A DNA stretch of 64,000 nt from Burkholderiales bacterium (lineage in GTDB: Bacteria > Pseudomonadota > Gammaproteobacteria > Burkholderiales > Burkholderiaceae_C). Shown in pieces: positions 18,252 to 27,635 of the stretch (the first letter of the stretch is position 1; every line of letters begins with the position of its first letter). The notes beneath the pieces were generated by a model. The model was given only the letters and a program-made list of their open reading frames with translations, had not been told where the DNA came from and ran no database searches. The stretch spans positions 66,985 to 130,984 of the forward strand of contig JAKFVA010000009.1 in NCBI GenBank assembly GCA_021732385.1. The letters run 5' to 3'. The position numbers were made by a program, and so were the translations under genes.

Positions 18252-20048
18252 ATGGCTGTTGTTAGTTCTATTCCTCGCCGAAAGTTTGATGTCATCATTG
18301 TGGGTGCTGGCGGTTCGGGCATGCGTGCCTCACTGCAGTTAGCGCGCGCTGGCCTGAATGTGGCGGTTCTGTCCAAGGTGTTCCCTACCCGCTCGCACAC
18401 CGTGGCGGCGCAAGGCGGCATAGGTGCCAGTCTAGGCAACATGTCGGAAGACAACTGGCACTACCATTTCTACGACACCGTCAAAGGTTCGGACTGGTTG
18501 GGCGATCAGGACGCCATTGAATTTATGTGCCGTGAAGCCCCCAAGGTGGTCTATGAGCTGGAACATATGGGCATGCCGTTTGACCGCAATGCGGATGGCA
18601 CCATTTACCAACGCCCATTCGGCGGCCACACCGCCAACTACGGGGAAAAACCAGTGCAACGCGCCTGCGCCGCTGCCGATCGCACTGGTCACGCCATGCT
18701 GCACACCCTGTATCAGCAGAACGTCAAGGCCAAGACCAGCTTTTTTGTCGAGTGGATGGCGCTGGATTTGATCCGCGACGCCAGCGGCGATGTAGTTGGC
18801 GTGACCGCGCTGGAGATGGAAACCGGCGATGTGCACATTCTGGAAGCCAAAACCACCTTGCTGGCTACCGGCGGCGCAGGCCGGATTTTTGCAGCGTCAA
18901 CCAATGCCTTTATCAACACGGGCGACGGTCTGGGCATGGCGGCGCGCGCGGGCATTCCGTTAGAAGACATGGAGTTCTGGCAGTTCCACCCCACCGGTGT
19001 GGCAGGCGCAGGCGTTCTGTTGACCGAGGGTTGCCGCGGCGAAGGCGCGATATTGATCAACGCTAACGGCGAGCGTTTTATGGAGCGCTATGCGCCCACC
19101 TTGAAAGATTTGGCACCGCGCGATTTTGTCTCACGCTGCATGGACCAGGAGATTAAAGAAGGCCGTGGCTGTGGTCCCAACAAAGATTACGTGCTACTCA
19201 AACTTGACCATCTGGGCGCTGAGACCATCATGAAGCGCCTGCCCTCGGTATACGAGATTGGTCACAATTTTGCCAATGTGGACATCACCAAGGAGCCAAT
19301 TCCGGTCGTGCCCACCATCCACTACCAGATGGGCGGTATCCCAACCAATATCCATGGCCAGGTGGTCACGCAAAATGCCGACAACCACAGCGTGGTGGTC
19401 AATGGCCTGTATGCAGTGGGTGAATGCTCGTGTGTCAGCGTTCATGGCGCCAACCGCCTTGGCACCAACTCGCTACTGGACTTGCTGGTGTTTGGCCGTG
19501 CGGCGGGCAATCACATTGTTGAGTTCAACCAAAAAAATGCCGTCCACAAGCCACTGCCTGCCGACGCGGCAGACAAGTCCTTGGCACGCCTGGCCCGGCT
19601 GGATAACGCCAGTGGGGGGGAGTACGCGCAAGACGTAGCCAATGACATTCGCAGCACCATGCAACTGCATGCCGGCGTGTTCCGCACTCAGGCCAGCATG
19701 GACGAAGGGGTGGGCAAGATCGCGGCGTTGCGCGAGCGAGTCAATGCCATCGGTCTGCAAGACAAGTCCAAGATTTTTAACACTGCCCGGATTGAGGCGC
19801 TTGAAGTGGAGAATTTGATTGAATCTGCCCAAGCCACCATGGTGTCGGCGGCTGCAAGGCATGAGAGTCGCGGCGCGCATACGGTGGACGACTACGCCGA
19901 CAGCCCTGAGCACCCCAATGGCCGCAACGACACAGAGTGGCACAAGCACACTTTATGGCACGCGCAGGGCAACCGCCTCAGCTACAAGCCGGTGCAAATG
20001 AAGCCTCTCACGGCCGAGTCGGTGCCGCTCAAGGTACGCACCTTTTAA
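18252..20048 (+). CDS. sdhA: Succinate dehydrogenase flavoprotein subunit
   Basis: 598 aa. FDVIIVGAGGSGMRA is the FAD fold and RSHTVAAQGG is the covalent FAD His context. Also present are HPTG and ANRLGTNSLLDL. Confidence 0.97.
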   Translation: MAVVSSIPRRKFDVIIVGAGGSGMRASLQLARAGLNVAVLSKVFPTRSHTVAAQGGIGASLGNMSEDNWHYHFYDTVKGSDWLGDQDAIEFMCREAPKVVYELEHMGMPFDRNADGTIYQRPFGGHTANYGEKPVQRACAAADRTGHAMLHTLYQQNVKAKTSFFVEWMALDLIRDASGDVVGVTALEMETGDVHILEAKTTLLATGGAGRIFAASTNAFINTGDGLGMAARAGIPLEDMEFWQFHPTGVAGAGVLLTEGCRGEGAILINANGERFMERYAPTLKDLAPRDFVSRCMDQEIKEGRGCGPNKDYVLLKLDHLGAETIMKRLPSVYEIGHNFANVDITKEPIPVVPTIHYQMGGIPTNIHGQVVTQNADNHSVVVNGLYAVGECSCVSVHGANRLGTNSLLDLLVFGRAAGNHIVEFNQKNAVHKPLPADAADKSLARLARLDNASGGEYAQDVANDIRSTMQLHAGVFRTQASMDEGVGKIAALRERVNAIGLQDKSKIFNTARIEALEVENLIESAQATMVSAAARHESRGAHTVDDYADSPEHPNGRNDTEWHKHTLWHAQGNRLSYKPVQMKPLTAESVPLKVRTF

Positions 20049-20090
20049 ATCCGGGCAAGTCACATTCAAGGCTTCATTCAGGTACACACC

Positions 20091-20795
20091 ATGCAAAAAC
20101 GCACCTTCCAGATTTACCGCTACAACCCCGACAGCGACGCCAAGCCTTATATGCAAACCATTGAAATCGAACTCGATGGCCATGAGCGCATGCTGCTGGA
20201 TGCATTGATGAAGCTGAAAGCGCAAGACCCCACGCTGTCGTTTCGCCGCTCCTGCCGCGAAGGTGTGTGTGGCTCAGATGCCATGAACATCAATGGCAAA
20301 AACGGCTTGGCCTGCCTGACCAATATGCGCGCCCTGCCGGGCACCATCGTGCTCAAGCCGCTGCCCGGCCTGCCCGTGGTGCGCGACCTGATTGTGGACA
20401 TGACGCAGTTCTTCAAGCAATACAACTCGATCAAGCCCTACCTCGTCAACGACAACATTGCGCCCGACAAAGAGCGCCTGCAAAGTCCCGAGGAACGCGA
20501 CGAACTCAATGGCCTGTACGAATGCATCCTGTGCGCAAGCTGCTCCACCTCATGCCCCAGTTTTTGGTGGAACCCAGATAAATTCGTCGGCCCAGCAGGC
20601 CTGCTTCAAGCCTACCGTTTCATTGCTGACAGCCGGGATGAAGCCACCGCTGAGCGCTTGGACAACCTGGAAGATCCATACCGTCTGTTTCGCTGCCACA
20701 CCATCATGAATTGCGTTGATGTCTGCCCCAAAGGGTTAAATCCGACTCGGGCGATTGGCAAAATCAAAGAGTTGATGGTGCGCCGGGCCATCTGA
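20091..20795 (+). CDS. sdhB: Succinate dehydrogenase iron-sulfur subunit
   Basis: 234 aa. The three cluster motifs are CREGVCGSDAMNING, CILCASCSTSCP and CHTIMNCVDVCPKGL. Confidence 0.97.
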   Translation: MQKRTFQIYRYNPDSDAKPYMQTIEIELDGHERMLLDALMKLKAQDPTLSFRRSCREGVCGSDAMNINGKNGLACLTNMRALPGTIVLKPLPGLPVVRDLIVDMTQFFKQYNSIKPYLVNDNIAPDKERLQSPEERDELNGLYECILCASCSTSCPSFWWNPDKFVGPAGLLQAYRFIADSRDEATAERLDNLEDPYRLFRCHTIMNCVDVCPKGLNPTRAIGKIKELMVRRAI

Positions 20796-20796
20796 C

Positions 20797-21066
20797 ATGC
20801 TGGTTGACGCCCCCACTCTGAGCAAACTGCGCTGGCGCTGCCGCAGGGGTTTGCTTGAAAATGATTTGCTGATTGAGCGCTTTTTTAACCGCTATGCCAG
20901 CAGCCTGACACAGCAGCATGTGCGTGGCATGAACACATTAATGGAATTGGCTGACAACGATTTGTTGGATCTGTTGCTGGGCCGCACTGAGCTTGAGTTG
21001 CAGACGGAAGATCAAGCCGCCTTACTGGTACTGAATTTGCTGCGACTGCCTGCACACGCCGATTGA
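20797..21066 (+). CDS. sdhE: FAD assembly factor SdhE (DUF339)
   Basis: 89 aa. It has the RGxxE motif (WRCRRGLLENDLL) and starts 1 nt after the sdhB stop. Confidence 0.85.
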   Translation: MLVDAPTLSKLRWRCRRGLLENDLLIERFFNRYASSLTQQHVRGMNTLMELADNDLLDLLLGRTELELQTEDQAALLVLNLLRLPAHAD

Positions 21067-21096
21067 ACGACTGATTTAACTTGTAGGAAAACCCAA

Positions 21097-22407
21097 ATGA
21101 AGCTTGCTGACAACAAAGCCACCCTGTCGTTCAGTAACGGCAGCCCCAGCGTCGATTTGCCCGTGTACCACGGCAGCGTTGGGCCTGATGTCGTTGATAT
21201 TCGCAAGCTGTACGCGCAAACCGGCATGTTTACGTACGACCCTGGCTTTCTCTCAACAGCGGCAACTCAGTCGGCCATCACCTATATCGACGGTGACAAA
21301 GGCGAATTACTCTACCGTGGTTACCCCATCGAGCAGTTAGCCACCAATTGCGATTTTCTGGAAACCTGCCACTTGCTGCTCTATGGTGAGCTGCCCAACA
21401 CCGATCAAAAGAAAGACTTCACCAGCCGCGTTACCAACCACACCATGGTTAACGAGCAGATGCAATTCTTCTTGCGTGGTTTCCGCCGCGACGCGCACCC
21501 GATGGCCATCATGACGGGCTTGGTTGGCGCACTCTCGGCCTTCTACCATGACAGCACCGACATCACCAACCCCGAGCACCGCGAGATTGCCGCTATCCGT
21601 CTGATTGCCAAAATGCCCACATTGGTGGCCATGGCCTACAAATACACCGTGGGCCAGCCCTACATGTATCCGCAAAACAACCTCAGTTACGCTGGCAACT
21701 TCTTGCACATGATGTTTGCTACGCCTTGTGAAAAATACGTGGTCAACCCGGTAATTGAGCGTGCCATGGACCGCATTTTCACCCTGCACGCCGACCACGA
21801 GCAAAATGCCTCCACCTCCACCGTGCGCCTGTGCGGCAGCTCGGGCACCAATCCGTTTGCCGCCATTGCGGCTGGTGTGGCTTGCCTCTGGGGACCAGCC
21901 CACGGCGGTGCCAATGAAGCTTGCTTGAATATGCTGGAAGATATCCAAAAAATGGGTGGCGTCAGCAAGGTCGGTGAGTTCATGGAGAAGGTCAAAGACA
22001 AAAACTCAGGGGTGCGTCTGATGGGTTTTGGCCACCGCGTCTATAAAAATTACGACCCGCGTGCCAAGCTGATGCAGGAAACTTGCCGTGAAGTACTAAC
22101 CGAGTTAGGCCTGCAAAACGACCCGTTATTCAAGCTGGCTATGGCTTTGGAAAAAATTGCGCTGGAAGACGACTACTTTGTTTCGCGCAAACTCTACCCC
22201 AACGTCGATTTTTACTCTGGCATCGTGCAACGTGCGATTGGCATACCGGTACCGCTGTTTACGGCAATTTTTGCGCTGGCCCGCACTGTCGGCTGGATTG
22301 CACAATTGAATGAAATGATTGGTGATCCCGAGTACAAAATTGGCCGTCCGCGCCAATTGTTCAGTGGTTCCGTCAAGCGCGACGTCAAGCCGCTGGCAGT
22401 CCGCTGA
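21097..22407 (+). CDS. gltA: Citrate synthase (type II)
   Basis: 436 aa. Motifs [24 protein letters not shown] and [15 protein letters not shown]. Confidence 0.97.
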   Translation: MKLADNKATLSFSNGSPSVDLPVYHGSVGPDVVDIRKLYAQTGMFTYDPGFLSTAATQSAITYIDGDKGELLYRGYPIEQLATNCDFLETCHLLLYGELPNTDQKKDFTSRVTNHTMVNEQMQFFLRGFRRDAHPMAIMTGLVGALSAFYHDSTDITNPEHREIAAIRLIAKMPTLVAMAYKYTVGQPYMYPQNNLSYAGNFLHMMFATPCEKYVVNPVIERAMDRIFTLHADHEQNASTSTVRLCGSSGTNPFAAIAAGVACLWGPAHGGANEACLNMLEDIQKMGGVSKVGEFMEKVKDKNSGVRLMGFGHRVYKNYDPRAKLMQETCREVLTELGLQNDPLFKLAMALEKIALEDDYFVSRKLYPNVDFYSGIVQRAIGIPVPLFTAIFALARTVGWIAQLNEMIGDPEYKIGRPRQLFSGSVKRDVKPLAVR

Positions 22408-22435
22408 TCGCGGTTCTATTGCTTTGCCAAAGCAC

Positions 22436-22461
22436 AGCCCCGGCGTGTCCGGGGCTTTTTT
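22436..22461 (+). terminator. Rho-independent terminator after gltA
   Basis: Perfect 8-bp GC-rich stem agccccgg / ccggggct with a 5-nt loop cgtgt, followed by tttttt. Confidence 0.8.
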
Positions 22462-22497
22462 CTGACGGCCTTAAAATATATGCACAGAAGCACTTTT

Positions 22498-23919
22498 ATG
22501 CCAAGCACTCTCTACGACAAAATTTGGGACGAACACGTCGTCCACACTGAAGAAGATGGCACTACCATCCTCTATATTGATCGCCATCTGGTGCATGAAG
22601 TCACCAGTCCGCAGGCTTTTGAAGGCTTGCGGCAAGCTGGACGGCCTTTGTGGCGCGCCTCTTCGATTGTGGCCACTGCCGACCACAACACCCCCACCAC
22701 AGGATGGGAGCGGGGCTATGACGGCATTACCGACCCCACCAGTCGCGAGCAAGTGGTGACGCTTGACGCCAATATTGGGCAATACGGCGCGGCTGCATTC
22801 TTTCCTTTTCTGTCCAAGCGGCAAGGTATTGTTCATGTGATTGGGCCTGAGAATGGCGCCACCCTACCAGGCATGACGGTCGTGTGCGGCGATTCGCACA
22901 CCTCAACCCACGGCGCTTTCGGCGCACTGGCCCACGGCATTGGTACCAGCGAGGTCGAACATGTCATGGCTACGCAAACCTTGCTGGCCAAGAAAGCGCT
23001 GAATATGCTGATCAAGGTGGAAGGGGCTTTGACGCGTGGCGTTACTGCCAAAGATGTGGTGCTGGCCATCATCGGCAAAATCGGCACCGCAGGCGGCACC
23101 GGCTACACCATTGAATTTGGCGGCTCCGCCATTCGTGCGCTCAGCATGGAAGGGCGCATGACGATTTGCAATATGGCTATTGAAGCCGGTGCACGTGCGG
23201 GCCTGATCGCTGTTGATGACAAAACCATAGCGTACATCCAGGGGCGGCCTTTATCTCCCACTGGGGTTGAGCTGGAGCAGGCCATCAGCTATTGGCGCGG
23301 TCTGCAATCCGATGCCAGCGCGCATTTTGATGCCGTGGTCGAGCTTGATGCCGCGCAGATCATCCCGCAGGTCACCTGGGGCACCTCACCTGAAATGGTG
23401 CTGGGTATTGATGGCGTCGTACCCGATCCGGACCATGAAAAAGACCCCGGTAAGCGCGACGCTATCGAGCGAGCGCTCTCCTACATGAATCTGTCACCCG
23501 GCAAGGCGCTGAATGATATTTACCTCGATAAGATCTTTATCGGCTCTTGTACCAATAGCCGTATTGAAGACATGCGAGAAGCCGCGGCTGTGGTTAAAAA
23601 ACTGGGGCAACGGGTGGCGGGCACTATCAAACTGGCGATGGTTGTGCCAGGTTCAGGCCTGGTCAAGGCACAGGCCGAACATGAAGGCCTGCACGAGATT
23701 TTTAAAGCCGCCGGGTTTGAATGGCGCGAACCAGGCTGCTCAATGTGCCTGGCCATGAATGCCGACCGGCTGGAGCCCGGCGAGCGATGCGCATCCACCA
23801 GCAACCGAAATTTTGAAGGTCGCCAGGGTGCTGGTGGCCGCACCCATCTGGTCAGCCCCGCCATGGCGGCTGCCGCGGCCGTACATGGCCATTTTGTTGA
23901 TGTCCGAAAATTTGCTTAA
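22498..23919 (+). CDS. leuC: 3-isopropylmalate dehydratase large subunit
   Basis: [36 protein letters not shown] and [11 protein letters not shown]. The ATG at 22498 is preferred over the upstream ATG at 22480. Confidence 0.95.
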   Translation: MPSTLYDKIWDEHVVHTEEDGTTILYIDRHLVHEVTSPQAFEGLRQAGRPLWRASSIVATADHNTPTTGWERGYDGITDPTSREQVVTLDANIGQYGAAAFFPFLSKRQGIVHVIGPENGATLPGMTVVCGDSHTSTHGAFGALAHGIGTSEVEHVMATQTLLAKKALNMLIKVEGALTRGVTAKDVVLAIIGKIGTAGGTGYTIEFGGSAIRALSMEGRMTICNMAIEAGARAGLIAVDDKTIAYIQGRPLSPTGVELEQAISYWRGLQSDASAHFDAVVELDAAQIIPQVTWGTSPEMVLGIDGVVPDPDHEKDPGKRDAIERALSYMNLSPGKALNDIYLDKIFIGSCTNSRIEDMREAAAVVKKLGQRVAGTIKLAMVVPGSGLVKAQAEHEGLHEIFKAAGFEWREPGCSMCLAMNADRLEPGERCASTSNRNFEGRQGAGGRTHLVSPAMAAAAAVHGHFVDVRKFA

Positions 23920-23932
23920 GGAGAATACTCTC

Positions 23933-24064
23933 GTGAAAAAAATTGCTGTACTTTTTTCTTTGACACTGGTGTTTGCACTGGCTGGCTGCAACACCGTCAA
24001 AGGCGTAGGCCAAGATGTGCAAAAGGCTGGCTCCGTGATCGAGGACTCGGTCAAGAAGAAATAA
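23933..24064 (+). CDS. Entericidin EcnA/B-family small lipoprotein
   Basis: GTG start at 23933 after an aaggaga SD. The product is VKKIAVLFSLTLVFALAGCNTVKGVGQDVQKAGSVIEDSVKKK. It has a lipobox LAGC and the entericidin-like CNT-x-GVG-x-D core. It lies between leuC and leuD. Confidence 0.7.
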   Translation: MKKIAVLFSLTLVFALAGCNTVKGVGQDVQKAGSVIEDSVKKK

Positions 24065-24108
24065 CTATTCAGATTGGTCATAGATTTTGATGACCAATAG
24101 CTAACACC

Positions 24109-24753
24109 ATGCAATCTTTTACCCTGCACACTGGCTTGGTTGTGCCCTTGGATCGCGAGAATATCGATACCGATGCCATCATTCCCAAGCAGTTCCTCAA
24201 GTCGATCCGCAAGACGGGTTTTGGGCAAAACCTGTTTGATGCCTGGCGCTATTTGGATGCCGGCTTTCCCGGACAAACCGTTGCCACCCGTCGACTCAAT
24301 CCGGATTTTGTGCTGAACCAGGCTCGTTACCAGGGCGCGTCGATTTTGCTGACACGCAAGAATTTTGGCTGCGGTTCCTCGCGCGAACACGCGCCTTGGG
24401 CGCTTGACCAATATGGCTTCCGTGCCATCTTGGCACCCAGTTTTGCCGACATTTTTTTCAACAACAGTTTCAAAAATGGTCTGCTGCCGATAGTGCTCAG
24501 CGAGTCGCAAATTAGCACTTTGTTTGACGAAACACTCGCCTTTCCAGGCTATCAACTCAGTATCGACCTCGAGCGCCAGAAAATCTTAAAGCCGCAAGGG
24601 GAGGAAATCGGTTTTGAGGTGCAGGCCTTTCGCAAGTACTGCTTGCTTAACGGTTTTGATGACATCGGTTTGACCCTGCGCCATGCCGAAAAAATAAAAA
24701 CTTTTGAATCTCGCCGCCTTACCAGCAAACCCTGGCTTGCCAAGGCCCTATGA
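24109..24753 (+). CDS. leuD: 3-isopropylmalate dehydratase small subunit
   Basis: 214 aa. Motifs [17 protein letters not shown] and [15 protein letters not shown]. Confidence 0.95.
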   Translation: MQSFTLHTGLVVPLDRENIDTDAIIPKQFLKSIRKTGFGQNLFDAWRYLDAGFPGQTVATRRLNPDFVLNQARYQGASILLTRKNFGCGSSREHAPWALDQYGFRAILAPSFADIFFNNSFKNGLLPIVLSESQISTLFDETLAFPGYQLSIDLERQKILKPQGEEIGFEVQAFRKYCLLNGFDDIGLTLRHAEKIKTFESRRLTSKPWLAKAL

Positions 24754-25055
24754 GCCAAGGTTACCAAAGCCTTTTTTTCAGGTGGTTGGTCACGCACTGG
24801 CTGTGCACTTACTGGCTGATGGGTTTTGGCTTTGTTGCCTTCGGCGTGTCTTCGCTGAATTTGGTGCAATTGTTCGCTGCCAATGCCAACTTCCTGTTTG
24901 AAAATGGCTGGATAGCCTTGATGGAAGACGGCCTGCTTCAATTGGTGCAGCTTGTTTTTACAGCCTATCTCGCTGTGGCTTTCTACCTGCTGTTCAAAAC
25001 CTGCGAGCACGCCTTGGTAGAGCGGCTTGCTCACCACAACAAATCCAAGGAATAA
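24750..25055 (+). CDS. Small hypothetical membrane protein (2 predicted TM helices)
   Basis: 101-aa ORF whose ATG overlaps the leuD stop (ATGA). Its stop lies 5 nt before the leuB GTG. Hydrophobic segments are [22 protein letters not shown] and [19 protein letters not shown] recognise no family. Confidence 0.45.
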   Translation: MSQGYQSLFFRWLVTHWLCTYWLMGFGFVAFGVSSLNLVQLFAANANFLFENGWIALMEDGLLQLVQLVFTAYLAVAFYLLFKTCEHALVERLAHHNKSKE

Positions 25056-25059
25056 ACGC

Positions 25060-26151
25060 GTGAAAATTGCAGTGTTGCCAGGTGATGGCATCGGTGTGGA
25101 AATTGTGGCGGAGGCCGTCAAGGTCATGCAAGTGCTGGATCTGCACTTTGAGTTGGAGCATGCGTTGGTGGGTGGTGCCGCTTACGAAGCACATGGTCAT
25201 CCCTTGCCCGAATCCACGCTGAAGTTGGCCAAGGACGCAGACGCCGTGCTTTTTGGCGCCGTAGGTGACTGGAAGTACGACACACTCGACCGCCCACTGC
25301 GCCCTGAGCAGGCAATTTTGGGTTTACGCAAAAATCTGGGCCTGTTTGCCAACTTTCGCCCCGCCATCTGTTACGAAGAGCTGGTGGGCGCCTCCAGTCT
25401 CAAGCCCGCTTTGATTGCTGGTCTAGACATCCTCATCATCCGCGAGCTTACAGGCGACATCTACTTTGGTCAGCCACGCGGTCGGCGCATCGCTGTTGAC
25501 GGCCACTTTCCAGGCAGTGAGGAAGCCTTCGATACCATGCGTTATTCGCGCCCGGAAATTGAGCGCATTGCCCATGTGGCATTCCAAGCCGCGCAAAAGC
25601 GCAGCAAGCGGGTCACCAGTGTCGACAAAGCCAATGTGCTTGAAACCTTCCAATTCTGGAAAGATGTCGTCACTGAAGTGAGCCAGCAATACCCCGATGT
25701 GGCGCTGGATCACATGTACGTCGACAACGCCGCCATGCAACTGGTCAAGGCGCCCAAGAAATTTGACGTAGTCGTAACCGGCAACATGTTTGGCGACATC
25801 CTTTCCGACGAAGCCGCCATGCTGACTGGCTCCATCGGCATGTTGCCTTCAGCCAGCCTGAACGCACAGCAGCAGGGGTTGTATGAGCCCAGCCACGGCA
25901 GCGCGCCCGACATCGCAGGCAAGGGAATTGCCAATCCGCTGGCTACAATATTGTCAGTTGCCATGATGCTCCGTTACTCACTCCACCAGCCGCTGGCTGC
26001 AAACCGCATTGAATCGGCGGTCAAGCAGGTGCTCGCGTCGGGTTTACGCACGACCGACATTTACGCTGACGGCAACACCAGGGTGAGCACCCGCCAGATG
26101 GGCGATGCAGTGGTGGCTGCACTCACCAAAACCACGATTACCAAGGGCTAG
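25060..26151 (+). CDS. leuB: 3-isopropylmalate dehydrogenase
   Basis: GTG at 25060 after an aaggaa SD gives [16 protein letters not shown]. Also present are [35 protein letters not shown] and [13 protein letters not shown]. Confidence 0.95.
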   Translation: MKIAVLPGDGIGVEIVAEAVKVMQVLDLHFELEHALVGGAAYEAHGHPLPESTLKLAKDADAVLFGAVGDWKYDTLDRPLRPEQAILGLRKNLGLFANFRPAICYEELVGASSLKPALIAGLDILIIRELTGDIYFGQPRGRRIAVDGHFPGSEEAFDTMRYSRPEIERIAHVAFQAAQKRSKRVTSVDKANVLETFQFWKDVVTEVSQQYPDVALDHMYVDNAAMQLVKAPKKFDVVVTGNMFGDILSDEAAMLTGSIGMLPSASLNAQQQGLYEPSHGSAPDIAGKGIANPLATILSVAMMLRYSLHQPLAANRIESAVKQVLASGLRTTDIYADGNTRVSTRQMGDAVVAALTKTTITKG

Positions 26152-26277
26152 AAAAGCTCCGGTTCGTCGCGCCCCTCCGGCCCGCACGAGCCGGAATAAA
26201 GAAATCAACAAGTTGCGAACAGGCCCAGCCGCATTGCGCCACGGCCTATTCCATCAAGTTTCTAAAAGGCGATAGAC

Positions 26278-27408
26278 ATGACTCAACTCGTAGGACTCGT
26301 AGGCTGGCGCGGCATGGTCGGCTCTGTCTTGATGGACCGCATGGTGCAAGAGCGTGACTTTGACCTGATCGAGCCGCTGTTTTTCTCCACCTCGAATGCG
26401 GGTGGTAAAGCACCCATGCAGGCCAAAAATGAAACTGCCTTGCAGGACGCTTTCAATATCGACGCCCTCAGGCGCTGCGACATCATCATCACCGCACAAG
26501 GCGGCGACTACACCACGGAAGTTTTCCCTAGGCTGCGCGCTGCTGGCTGGAAGGGCCATTGGATCGACGCTGCTTCGACGCTGCGCATGCAAGACGACGC
26601 CGTCATCATCCTCGATCCGGTCAACCTGCCAGTTATCAAAAACGCTTTAGCCAAGGGCGGCAACAACTGGATCGGCGGCAACTGCACAGTCAGTTGCATG
26701 CTGATGGGTGTGGGCGCGCTGTACAAGGCAGGCTTGGTCGAGTGGATGACCAGCATGACGTACCAGGCCGCCTCAGGCGGGGGGGCGCAGCACATGCGCG
26801 AACTGCTAACGCAGTACGGCACATTGAACGCCGAGGTGCGCGGATTGCTGGACGACCCGAAATCGGCCATTCTCGAAATCGACCGCAAGGTCCTGGCAAA
26901 ACAGCAGTCGCTTTCGGCCAACGAGACGGTCAACTTTGGTGTGCCGTTGGGGGGTTCGTTGATTCCATGGATCGACAAGGATTTGGGTAGTGGCGTTTCC
27001 CGCGAAGAGTGGAAAGCTGGTGCGGAAACCAACAAAATTCTTGGTCAAGGTGCTGGTTTTGGCACACCCGCTGTCCCGGTAGACGGTTTTTGCGTGCGTG
27101 TTGGCGCCATGCGCTGCCACAGCCAGGCACTGACCTTCAAACTCAAAAAAGACGTACCGTTGGCTGATATTGAAGCGCTGATTGCCCATGACAACGCTTG
27201 GGTTCGGGTCGTGCCCAACACGCGGGAGGCCAGCATGCGCGACCTGACACCCGTATCGGTTACAGGCACCATGGGTATTCCCGTGGGCCGCCTGCGCAAG
27301 CTGGCCATGGGCCCCGACTATCTGGGCGCGTTCACGATTGGTGACCAACTGCTCTGGGGCGCGGCCGAGCCGTTGCGCCGCATGCTGCGAATCTTGCTAG
27401 CCAACTGA
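26278..27408 (+). CDS. asd: Aspartate-semialdehyde dehydrogenase
   Basis: 376 aa. [15 protein letters not shown], the active-site Cys context GGNCTVS, and [15 protein letters not shown]. Confidence 0.95.
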   Translation: MTQLVGLVGWRGMVGSVLMDRMVQERDFDLIEPLFFSTSNAGGKAPMQAKNETALQDAFNIDALRRCDIIITAQGGDYTTEVFPRLRAAGWKGHWIDAASTLRMQDDAVIILDPVNLPVIKNALAKGGNNWIGGNCTVSCMLMGVGALYKAGLVEWMTSMTYQAASGGGAQHMRELLTQYGTLNAEVRGLLDDPKSAILEIDRKVLAKQQSLSANETVNFGVPLGGSLIPWIDKDLGSGVSREEWKAGAETNKILGQGAGFGTPAVPVDGFCVRVGAMRCHSQALTFKLKKDVPLADIEALIAHDNAWVRVVPNTREASMRDLTPVSVTGTMGIPVGRLRKLAMGPDYLGAFTIGDQLLWGAAEPLRRMLRILLAN

Positions 27409-27635
27409 CAAAGCATTGGTACGGGAGATGTCTGCATTCCGGTTTCTCGTTGCCAATTGACAACATCAAGAGCTGCCAAAAACTGCAGCTATGATCGCTG
27501 ACAAGTTAAAAAGCTTCCTTAGCTTGTCAGGCTAAAACATTGATGTTAAGGTTGTTTTTTCTAAATTCGTGGTTGTGGTGACGGGCCAAAAAATAGTCAG
27601 AAACCCTGCATACCGAGCTTCGGAGGCTCACCAAA

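Noticed and set aside
22408-22497. Possible leu leader peptide/attenuator upstream of leuC
   Set aside because: There is no short ORF with consecutive Leu codons. The only strong hairpin plus T-tract there is best explained as the gltA terminator.
26160-26200. Imperfect 9-bp inverted repeat ccggttcgt...acgagccgg between leuB and asd
   Set aside because: It has an 18-nt GC-rich loop and no T-run. It is not convincing as a terminator or riboswitch.
27473-27531. Two hairpins after asd (agctgc/gcagct; ctgacaag/cttgtcag)
   Set aside because: The stems are short with large loops and are not followed by a U-tract. I cannot distinguish them from chance inverted repeats in an AT-richer spacer.
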